A stretch of 63,568 nt of DNA from a virus. Its lineage: Duplodnaviria; Caudoviricetes. The notes under the pieces were generated by a model. That model had not been told where the DNA came from. It saw nothing but the letters and a program-made list of their open reading frames with translations, and ran no database searches. How positions within the stretch are numbered: position 1 is the stretch's first letter; every line of letters begins with the position of its first letter. The translations under genes were made by a program, and so were the position numbers. This document shows, in pieces, positions 54,070-62,047 of this stretch. Location: the IMG/VR virus record IMGVR_UViG_3300034064_001787, positions 1 through 63,568 of that record; one strand, 5' to 3'.

Positions 54070-56729
54070 GCGCGAGTCCCGATAAGGGTTACTTTGAGCC
54101 CCGCGCCCGCGATGGTGCTGCCGATCTGGTCGATGTCGATAGTCATCTCGGCATCATCTGCAAGCCCGGTGTCGGAGATGACAGCGGCGGTGGCGGCGGT
54201 AGTGCTGGTCTTTTCTGTCGCGTCGATGCTGAGCTTGGTGCTCAAAATCGTGCTTCCGCTCTCATTGATGTCCACCACCAACGTGCTACCTGTTGGAGCT
54301 GTATTGACGGAGGCGCGAACGGCTGCCAGCGTCATGGCAAAAGGCATTCGGAAAGTGACTTTTGCGGTGCCCGCCGTGAGGGCTGTGGACTCGTCTGAGA
54401 GAGCCACGCTGTATTCTGCTGGCAGGCCCACAAACGATCCGCCTGCGCGATAGAGCAGATTGCCCTCCACCGTGAGATTGCCAGCCGAGCTGCGTGCTAG
54501 GGTCGTGTCGCTCGCGTGACCGACTTCAAGGCTGCCGACACCTAAAGGAGCGGAAGTGCTGCCGGTGATGCCCGCGAGCGGCAGTCCGGTGGCGTTGGTG
54601 AGGGTGGCTGCGCTTGGGGTGCCGAGGTTCGGCGTGACGAGGGTGGGCGAGTTGCCAAAGACGAGCGCTCCACTGCCGGTTTCGTCGGAGATCACTCCCG
54701 CGAGTTGCGCGGAGGTCGTGGCGGCAAATTGAGAGAGCGGATTGCTGGTGAGCGCATTTCCACCGCCGCTCAGTGTCTGCATCGTTGGGGCCGCGCCCGC
54801 GCCGTTGCTCGTCAGCACTTGACCGGCGGTGCCGGTGGCGACGACGGCAGGGTTGCCGCTGGCGTCGTAGGTGATGAGGTTGCCTGCGGTGCCTGCGGCC
54901 ATCTTGGCAAGAGTCACTGCATCATCCACGAGGCCAGCCGTGGGCAGTCCGGTGGCGTTGGTGAGGGTGAGGCTGCTCGGCGTGCCGCCTGCGCCGTTGA
55001 ATAGAACGGGAGCCCCAGCGGAGCCGATGGCAACCGCGAGCGCATCGTAAACACCAGTGCCGAGCGCTCCACTGACGAGCAGTGTGCCGCTGAAATCTGG
55101 CAGCAGCCATTCGCGGTTGGCGGTAAGTGTGGGCGATCGTAAAAACGAATCAAGAGTCGCAGTGCCGAATTTCAGAAAATCGCTGGCAAGCAACGCATAG
55201 GGGTAAGTGCCAGTGGCAGCCCAAACGACGAGAGCATTAGAGATGGTCGCGCCACCGCTGGCGTCAAAGACGATGGCCTTACCCGCGTCTGCGCTGCCGT
55301 TGGCCCCCTCACTTGAGGCGAGAAGTGCGGCGCTGCCTAAACTCAACAGCGTGCGAATGGCGGCGTAGTCTGCGGCGGAGAGCAGGCTTTGCACATTGCT
55401 GCTTGGCGCGATGCCCGCGAACGTGGTGAGGTTGGCGTTGTAGGCCTGGACGTTGGTGCCGATGACGAGACCCAGTAGGGTGCGCATGGCCGCATAGTCC
55501 GCCGCATTCAGCAGGCTCTGCACGTTGGCCGCGGGTGCAATACCCGCAAACGTGGCGAGGTTGGCGCTGTAGGCCTGGACGTTGGTGCCGATGACGAGAC
55601 CCAGTAGGGTGCGCATGGCCGCATAGTCCGCCGCATTCAGCAGGCTCTGCACGTTGGCCGCTGGCGCGATGCCCGCGAACGTGGTGAGGTTGGCGCTGTA
55701 GGCCTGGACGTTGGTGCCGATGATCAGTCCGAGTAGGGTGCGAATGGCGGCATAGTCCGCCGCATTCAGCAGGCTCTGCACGTTGGCCGCTGGAGCGATG
55801 CCCGCGAACGTGGCGAGGTTGGCGCTGTAGGCCTGGACGTTGGTGCCGATGACGAGTCCGAGAGAAGCGGCGGTTTGATCTCCTGTGTTGGTGCCACTCA
55901 GATTCGCCACCGCCTCATTAGCGAGCATCGCGTTGGTGATCGCCCCGTTGGCGATGCTGGTGGCATTGCCGATGCTGGTGACAGGGCCGGTGAGGTTGGC
56001 ATTGGTGGTGACCGTCGCCGCATTGCCGGTGATGTTGACCTGGTCACCCGTGTTGGTGCCGCTCAGTGTGCCGGTGGCCCCATCGGCGATGGTGATGCCG
56101 CTGGCTTGCACCACCTTACCACTGGTGCCGTTGTAGCGCACGATGGCGTTGTCTGCGGCACTCGCAGGGCCAACGACATCGCCGCTGCCAGAACCACCCG
56201 CGACGGCCAATTCTTCGGCTTCATCGTCGTGCGTGAAACCATTGGCTTCAGGAGCGCGGAGTTTCAGCCATTCCCACGGCGTCAGCATCACCAGCGGATC
56301 ACCGCCGCCAGCGCCGGTGCGGCGTTGCAGGGAGAAGATCAGGTCATCGCTCTCTTCTGGCGCGTCCGCGCCTGGAATGGTCCATTCCAGCGCCGCCAGC
56401 ACTTGAAACAGCTCCTTCGTCGGGCTGGCCGCCAGCAGCGCCAGGATGGCATCTGTGTTCAGGCTCAAACGCCCACTGTAAAAGCCTGTGGCGGCGTTTT
56501 CTGGCACCTCAAACTCCGTCAACTCCGCCAGTAGTCCCGCGCTCTTGGTGGCGCGCACGCGCAGCGCCAGCGTGCTGCCGCTTTCCAGCAGCACCGCCTC
56601 GCCGTCCTGATGGAAGCGCACCTCCACCCGCTCTCCCGTCAGCGCCTTGACTTCTTGAGTCACCGGACCACTGCGGGCAGGCCATTCCGCACTGACCACA
56701 CCATTGAGGAGATTCGCATACAACCGCAT
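54066..56729 (-). CDS. Tail fibre protein
   Basis: G/T/A-rich; GDVVGPASA.DNAIVR, SGTNTGDQ, DETGSGALVF motifs; TTGAT-N14-ATG. Confidence 0.85.
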   Translation of the reverse strand: MRLYANLLNGVVSAEWPARSGPVTQEVKALTGERVEVRFHQDGEAVLLESGSTLALRVRATKSAGLLAELTEFEVPENAATGFYSGRLSLNTDAILALLAASPTKELFQVLAALEWTIPGADAPEESDDLIFSLQRRTGAGGGDPLVMLTPWEWLKLRAPEANGFTHDDEAEELAVAGGSGSGDVVGPASAADNAIVRYNGTSGKVVQASGITIADGATGTLSGTNTGDQVNITGNAATVTTNANLTGPVTSIGNATSIANGAITNAMLANEAVANLSGTNTGDQTAASLGLVIGTNVQAYSANLATFAGIAPAANVQSLLNAADYAAIRTLLGLIIGTNVQAYSANLTTFAGIAPAANVQSLLNAADYAAMRTLLGLVIGTNVQAYSANLATFAGIAPAANVQSLLNAADYAAMRTLLGLVIGTNVQAYNANLTTFAGIAPSSNVQSLLSAADYAAIRTLLSLGSAALLASSEGANGSADAGKAIVFDASGGATISNALVVWAATGTYPYALLASDFLKFGTATLDSFLRSPTLTANREWLLPDFSGTLLVSGALGTGVYDALAVAIGSAGAPVLFNGAGGTPSSLTLTNATGLPTAGLVDDAVTLAKMAAGTAGNLITYDASGNPAVVATGTAGQVLTSNGAGAAPTMQTLSGGGNALTSNPLSQFAATTSAQLAGVISDETGSGALVFGNSPTLVTPNLGTPSAATLTNATGLPLAGITGSTSAPLGVGSLEVGHASDTTLARSSAGNLTVEGNLLYRAGGSFVGLPAEYSVALSDESTALTAGTAKVTFRMPFAMTLAAVRASVNTAPTGSTLVVDINESGSTILSTKLSIDATEKTSTTAATAAVISDTGLADDAEMTIDIDQIGSTIAGAGLKVTLIGTRA
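55347..55862 (-). repeat. Four 129-bp (43-aa) tandem repeats in the tail fibre
   Basis: GGTGCCGAT anchor at 55455, 55584, 55713 and 55842. Confidence 0.9.
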
Positions 56730-56751
56730 CCCCACGCGCTCGTATCAACCC

Positions 56752-56783
56752 AAAACAAAACCGCCACCCCAAAGGGTGGCGGT
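56752..56783 (-). terminator. Terminator after the capsid gene
   Basis: ACCGCCACCC/GGGTGGCGGT stem followed by TTTTGTTTT on the minus strand. Confidence 0.75.
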
Positions 56784-56814
56784 AACTTGAAACTTCAAAC
56801 TTCAAACTTAGAAC

Positions 56815-57786
56815 TTACGCCCACTGCGTGTTGATCAGGTAGCCCTCGTTCGTGTCGATGATGTGCTCGCCGGTGTTCTGGCGCACGCGGACGATGTCCT
56901 CGCGGGTCGTCTCATTGCGGTAGGTTTCGGCCGTGTAAAGGCCGTCGCCATCCTCAGTCCAGGTGATCGTGCGGCCGATGCCGCCGTTGTTGAAGTCACC
57001 CGCAGCCAGGTTCGCGATGAGCACCGTGCTGGTGCCCCAGATGGCCGTCAGGCTGGCACTGCCACCCTTCTTGCCCGCGTCGTAGTGGCGTCCGGAAACG
57101 ATGATCTCCTTGACCTCCAGCGCATCCGCAGCGGCGGTGAGGGAGAGCTTCACATTGCCCACGTTGGCGTTGTTGCCAAAGGTGTAGCTCAGGAGCTTCG
57201 GCGAGCGGCGCAGGCGATCCCACACCTGGCGGGCCAGCACGATGCTCACGTCATCGGGATTCACCCCACGCGCTTCCAGGTAGCGCTTGGCATCCTGCAC
57301 ATCCCGGGCGATGTCGATGTTCGCCAGCCCGGCTTCCGTGTAGGCCGCCACGCTGTTCACGGCAGTGAAGCCGCTGTTCGCCTCGCTCATCACGAGGTTC
57401 GCCACGCGGCGCTCATAGGAGAGCGCCACATTGCGGCGCACCAGCTTGGCTTCCTTGACTTCCACGTCGAAGAACTTCGCCATTTCAGCCTGCTCAGTGT
57501 CGTCCACCGCGCCTTCGAGACCGCGATCCACGCAGTCGTAAGTGCTCCATTCCCAGGAGCGGTTCACGCGCTTGTAGGCGCTGTGCGGCGCACGTTCGGT
57601 TTCGAGCTCAGTCTTGAGCAGTTCGCCCTTGTCGATCTTGTAGCGCGGGTAGCGCCCGGTCTGGGTTTCGGAGGGGTAGATGCCGAGAACTTTCTCGGCG
57701 ATGAGGCCTGTTTCGGCTTCACGAGCCTGCTCAAGGAAAGTCTTGATGTCAGGGCGATGGACGGCAGCGGCGTTGGAGTAAGGCAT
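56815..57786 (-). CDS. Major capsid protein (lambda gpE-like)
   Basis: 323 aa; position after protease and decoration genes; ERRVA and DIVRVR patterns; downstream terminator. Confidence 0.8.
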   Translation of the reverse strand: MPYSNAAAVHRPDIKTFLEQAREAETGLIAEKVLGIYPSETQTGRYPRYKIDKGELLKTELETERAPHSAYKRVNRSWEWSTYDCVDRGLEGAVDDTEQAEMAKFFDVEVKEAKLVRRNVALSYERRVANLVMSEANSGFTAVNSVAAYTEAGLANIDIARDVQDAKRYLEARGVNPDDVSIVLARQVWDRLRRSPKLLSYTFGNNANVGNVKLSLTAAADALEVKEIIVSGRHYDAGKKGGSASLTAIWGTSTVLIANLAAGDFNNGGIGRTITWTEDGDGLYTAETYRNETTREDIVRVRQNTGEHIIDTNEGYLINTQWA

Positions 57787-57831
57787 AATCGGATGTCAGT
57801 GAAAAGTTCGTTCTGGGTTTCAGGAAAAGGA

Positions 57832-58545
57832 TCAGGCCAGGTCGGCATCCACCGCGCCTTTCAGCACGCGGAAGTTGATCACCATCAGCGCATTGAGGGC
57901 GTTGCTGGCGTGCAGGTTCGTGATGACGATGTCGAAGCTGCCGTTCGTCACGTTCTTCACGCTGAAGGCAGGCGTTCCCGCGCCGTTGTAGGTGGTGCTC
58001 AAGGGGATGATGTCCTGTGCCTCCACCGTGGTGTTGGTCACTGTGAAGGTTTCCTCAGCGCCACCGGCAGTGGTCAAAGCCACCGTGGTGATCTGGCCCA
58101 CACGCTTGCTCAAGGTCACCCCCGTGCTGGCGCTGGTGATCTGCGTCACCTTGCCACCTTGACCGGCCACCGGATCAGCGGTCTGCTCCTTGGGCAGGTA
58201 GCGGATGCCCCCTTCAACCGCGCCGATGGCTTCGAGGGCGACGCCGATGAGCGCACCGGCCACACGTTTGGTGATCATGCCATTGGCAGCGGCTTCGAGT
58301 TCATCACCGATGGCGATGGCGGACGCGCCGGAGTTGTGACCCCAGTGCTGGCCGTAGGCGAATTCAATGATCGTGCCGTAGGATTTCGAAACAACGGTGG
58401 AGTCGATGTCCGTTTGCAGCGTGCCATCGGCGCGGGTGCCGGGACCGGCATACACGAGCTTGTTGCTGCTGTTGATGGAGACACGGCGGTTGGCCGCGAG
58501 AGCGCCCGAGTTGGCGTAGAAAGTGTGGCGATTGGAGTCCTGCAT
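57832..58545 (-). CDS. Capsid decoration/cement protein (DUF2190-like, extended)
   Basis: AIAIGD.L.AAANG....G.LIGVALEA. Confidence 0.65.
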   Translation of the reverse strand: MQDSNRHTFYANSGALAANRRVSINSSNKLVYAGPGTRADGTLQTDIDSTVVSKSYGTIIEFAYGQHWGHNSGASAIAIGDELEAAANGMITKRVAGALIGVALEAIGAVEGGIRYLPKEQTADPVAGQGGKVTQITSASTGVTLSKRVGQITTVALTTAGGAEETFTVTNTTVEAQDIIPLSTTYNGAGTPAFSVKNVTNGSFDIVITNLHASNALNALMVINFRVLKGAVDADLA

Positions 58546-58590
58546 GATCGTGAAAAAGTGAAAGGTTCAGGGGATGGGTTTCAGGACGGC

Positions 58591-59973
58591 TCAGGCGTAA
58601 CGCGGGCGGATGCCGCGAGCCACCTGCCAGGTTTCGTAGAGGTCAGGGTGGTGCTTGGTGGCGAACTCGACCGCACGGGCCTGCACCGTCACCTTGCTTT
58701 CCGCAGGAGCCGCTTTGGCGAACTCCGTGGCGTAGTGCGCCGTGGCCTGCTCGAAGGTCGTGATCTGGCCGCCGCCACCCTGCGGCTTGGCCGCGAAGAA
58801 GGTTTCGGCTCCGGCACTGGTTTTGCCCTTGGCAGAGGCGAACTTGCGCAGCTCGGCGTTCTCGGCCTGCAGCGCTTCGATCTGGTCCTTGGCCTGTGCC
58901 GCGAACTCGGTGAGCTGGCCCGTCTTGGCCTGGAGTGCGTTGAACGCGATGACTTCCTGGCGCTTGGCCTCAGCGGCATCGCGGGCGGCGAGCGCCTGAT
59001 TCACCGCGTGCTGGCTCATGATGCTGAACGCGGTGAGGACATCCCCGCGTGCCATGGCCGCCGCAGCTTCGGCAGGCACACCTTCAGCGGCTTCACCGCC
59101 TTCGCCTTCTTCACCCTCGCCACTGCCGTCGTCATCGCCATCGGCGTCCTCGGCTTGCTCAGCCAGCGAGAAGGTGCCGTCGCCGTTATCGACGAGCGTG
59201 CCGTCTTCGAGACCGGCTTGGATTTCCTCTTGGGAGATCGTATTCTGATCGTTCTCACCAGAGTCTTCCATGGCGTCCATACGCTCATTGATGGAATCGA
59301 GTTTGTCAGAGAGTGCCTGAGCCCAGTCGGGCATCTGCGCATCGGCAGCAGGAATTTCAACAGGGGAAGTAGATGGGTTAGCCATGCTCTCAGGCCCGCT
59401 GTCAACACCTCGCGCCGAAAACATCCCCTCGGGATTCGCCGCCGGGCTAGCCACGAGGTCCGTGCTCACCAGCTCCGTGCATCGGGCAAACAGCTTCGTG
59501 CCCGCCACCACCGCTTGGCGCTGCCCCCCCTTGAGCGTGTAGTGCTGCTTCAGTTCTTGGTCGAAATACACCGCTGTGCCATCCGCCAGCTCGGGATCTC
59601 CCCGGAAGGCCACCGAAAGCCCCACGCTCTCCGGCATCTTCTCCGCCATCTCCATGAGATGCGGCGTCGTTGGGTAAGTTTTGAGCAGCACCCAGTCTCC
59701 GCGCACCTTGTCGCCGTCGATGCGGAAGTTGCACAGGTAACCATTCACCGCATCCACCCCACTGCCGTGATTCGTCTTCACCGGCACCTTCCCCATGCCT
59801 ACCGCGCATTCGTAGATCTGCTTCAGCGTGGTCTTATCCACCTGCAACCCGTGGCCCTTGGCCTCCAGATCCCCGGTGATCATCGAGACCCCATGGATGG
59901 TCCCCTTATCCGCATTGACGACGGCGTCCTTGCTCTTGACCTGAAACGTGTGAACGGCAGAAAGTGTGCTCAT
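58591..59973 (-). CDS. Prohead protease plus scaffold
   Basis: KGHG, NHG, GLSVAF, STDLVASPAANP protease motifs; acidic/coiled-coil C-terminal half. Confidence 0.8.
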   Translation of the reverse strand: MSTLSAVHTFQVKSKDAVVNADKGTIHGVSMITGDLEAKGHGLQVDKTTLKQIYECAVGMGKVPVKTNHGSGVDAVNGYLCNFRIDGDKVRGDWVLLKTYPTTPHLMEMAEKMPESVGLSVAFRGDPELADGTAVYFDQELKQHYTLKGGQRQAVVAGTKLFARCTELVSTDLVASPAANPEGMFSARGVDSGPESMANPSTSPVEIPAADAQMPDWAQALSDKLDSINERMDAMEDSGENDQNTISQEEIQAGLEDGTLVDNGDGTFSLAEQAEDADGDDDGSGEGEEGEGGEAAEGVPAEAAAAMARGDVLTAFSIMSQHAVNQALAARDAAEAKRQEVIAFNALQAKTGQLTEFAAQAKDQIEALQAENAELRKFASAKGKTSAGAETFFAAKPQGGGGQITTFEQATAHYATEFAKAAPAESKVTVQARAVEFATKHHPDLYETWQVARGIRPRYA

Positions 59974-60039
59974 AGGCCCACCGCTGCGCGTCAACGATAT
60001 CGTCTATCCTCTACCATCTATCCTCCATCCTCTACCCCC

Positions 60040-60813
60040 TCAATCCCCACTCACCGGGAAATTTAAGCCAGTCTTGCCTTGGCTGTAAAGCACCTCGCCC
60101 AGGCCTGGCACACGCTCACGATGCCGCCCACGTCCCGGCTTGCTCATCCGCACGCGGCCTTGCAGTTTGTCGCGCCCGCTGCGTGCCAGCCCCTCCACCT
60201 TGCGCAGGCCGCCCGCCAGCAAAGAACGCCCTTTGACCGTGCCACCCAGCAGTCCCGCCGTGCCCAGCGCCGCCGCTGCCGCGCCGGGCACCAGCAGCTT
60301 CGACTTCTTCGGATCTTCCCCGTAAGCCTGCCGCATCGTCACCGGGTCCGCCCCACCCGTCACATTCGCCACAAACTGCCCATCGCCGTCACGGGGACGA
60401 GCGAAGGCATGTGAAGGGAGCGCGGACACTCCTGTCCGCATCTCTGTCTTGTTTTTTCGATACCGTGCACGAGCCACGGCACCCGTGCCCAAGACGGCAC
60501 CCGTGCCCAAGACGGCACCCGTGGCGGCTCGTTTAGCAGATTCAGCATTCTGGATCCGGGCAAGCCGCTCACCGATGCGGGAGACTTTTCGCCCCTCAGT
60601 AGCACTAATGTCATCTAACCTGCCCTGCACCTCTATCCCCCTGTCATCAACACGCACCTTACGGCCAGATTTCTGGATTCCAACCTTCATACGCCGTGAA
60701 CGCACCCCGGCCAGATCTTGAACAAAAGTGCCCACCGCTTTCTTGAAGCCCATCGCCTTGAACAGCGTCAAAGCCGCATCGACCTGGTGGGAGAGTTGAG
60801 TGAGGGAAGTCAT
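60040..60813 (-). CDS. Modular basic protein with conserved leader (probably head-internal)
   Basis: MTSLTQLSHQVDAALTLF leader; PRDGDGQF; Gly zippers. Confidence 0.75.
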   Translation of the reverse strand: MTSLTQLSHQVDAALTLFKAMGFKKAVGTFVQDLAGVRSRRMKVGIQKSGRKVRVDDRGIEVQGRLDDISATEGRKVSRIGERLARIQNAESAKRAATGAVLGTGAVLGTGAVARARYRKNKTEMRTGVSALPSHAFARPRDGDGQFVANVTGGADPVTMRQAYGEDPKKSKLLVPGAAAAALGTAGLLGGTVKGRSLLAGGLRKVEGLARSGRDKLQGRVRMSKPGRGRHRERVPGLGEVLYSQGKTGLNFPVSGD

Positions 60814-60855
60814 GGCAGAAAGAAGAGGAGACGAGGAGAAGGGGAGACTTGGAGA

Positions 60856-61668
60856 TCAGACTGGCTGTGCCACTCGCGGCATGCTGCCAAACTTGGATCG
60901 ATACCGCTCACCTCTCATCATGGCGTTGCGCATCTTTGGATGACGTTTGGCATACGCCATCAACGCACCGCCCGCCAAAACGCTCGCAACTTTGGCACCG
61001 GTGCCAATCAGCGCACCCTTCACCGCACCTTTAGCGGTGCGTTGCAGGTATTCCGGCGTCGTTTCACCGTCTTTCTTTTGGATCGCGGCATCCACCGCGC
61101 CGATCACAGCACCCGTAGTGCCAAGACTAAACTCCGCCAGCACCCCGTCCATCTTGGCTTCGAGGGCGATGATCTGGTCGGCGCGGCTGGCATGAATCAC
61201 GGCACGCGCCACGCGTCCGATCATCTTGCCCATGCCCTGCTTTTGAGCTTTGCCACGGGCGTAGCTCAATTTACCGGCGGCGACTTTGCGCTTGAGCGGA
61301 TTCAGCACGGGCGCGGCCATATCTTTGGCCTTGGCGATCATCGGCTCGGCAGCGGCTTTCACCTTCGCCACGCCCCCCTTCATCGCATCATCGGCGCGGT
61401 TCACGAGGTCAGCCGCCCCGGTCTTGACACCATCGACGCCGGAGGTGCCGTAGCGCTTGTTGAGCGCGTCCATGCCTTTCTTCGCGCCATACACGCCCGC
61501 ACCCACGGCAACGGTGCCCACCGCGGCACCAGCCACCCGGCGGTTACGCCGCTCCCGCTGCGCCTGCTGCCACGGGTATTCCCCCGCCGGATTCGCCGCC
61601 AGGGCAAACTCGTTCAAGGTGGTGTCAATCGAAGCAGAAAGAGCGGTGATTTGGGCAAGGCGGTTCAT
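60856..61668 (-). CDS. Modular basic protein with two leader repeats (probably head-internal)
   Basis: QITALSASIDTTLNEF and QIIALEAKMDGVLAEF, each followed by a Gly zipper. Confidence 0.75.
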   Translation of the reverse strand: MNRLAQITALSASIDTTLNEFALAANPAGEYPWQQAQRERRNRRVAGAAVGTVAVGAGVYGAKKGMDALNKRYGTSGVDGVKTGAADLVNRADDAMKGGVAKVKAAAEPMIAKAKDMAAPVLNPLKRKVAAGKLSYARGKAQKQGMGKMIGRVARAVIHASRADQIIALEAKMDGVLAEFSLGTTGAVIGAVDAAIQKKDGETTPEYLQRTAKGAVKGALIGTGAKVASVLAGGALMAYAKRHPKMRNAMMRGERYRSKFGSMPRVAQPV

Positions 61669-61840
61669 GGGTGTGAAAACCTGCGGCGGGTGTCAATCAA
61701 GCCAGACTTGGAGAAGAGGAGGCAAGGAGAAGAGGAGACTCAGAATCTCCCCATCTCAAAGTCTCCCAGTCTCCTAGTCTCCTAGTCTGGCCCTACGCCG
61801 CCGCACTCACCCCCCCGGCTTCGGCACCTCCCACAGCCTT

Positions 61841-62011
61841 TCAACTCTTCTTCTTCATCCGCGCCAATTTCATCTCCAGCTTCCGCGCCAGAGCGCGGTA
61901 ATGCAGCGCTCGTCCATGCGCCGTGGCACCCACCGCATCAAGCTCATGCGTGAGCTTGTCAGTGAGCGGATGCAGCGAGCGTTTTGTCTTGGAAGCAGAG
62001 GAGGTAGGCAT
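61841..62011 (-). CDS. Small basic protein (56 aa)
   Basis: MPTSSASKTK...LARKLEMKLARMKKKS; TTGAC at 62042-62046. Confidence 0.45.
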   Translation of the reverse strand: MPTSSASKTKRSLHPLTDKLTHELDAVGATAHGRALHYRALARKLEMKLARMKKKS

Positions 62012-62047
62012 GGCAGAGAAGGTGAATCATCCCTGCCATGCGTCAAC

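Noticed and set aside
56863-60066. 1067-aa plus-strand ORF
   Set aside because: Antisense shadow of the capsid, decoration and protease genes in GC-rich DNA; no recognisable motifs
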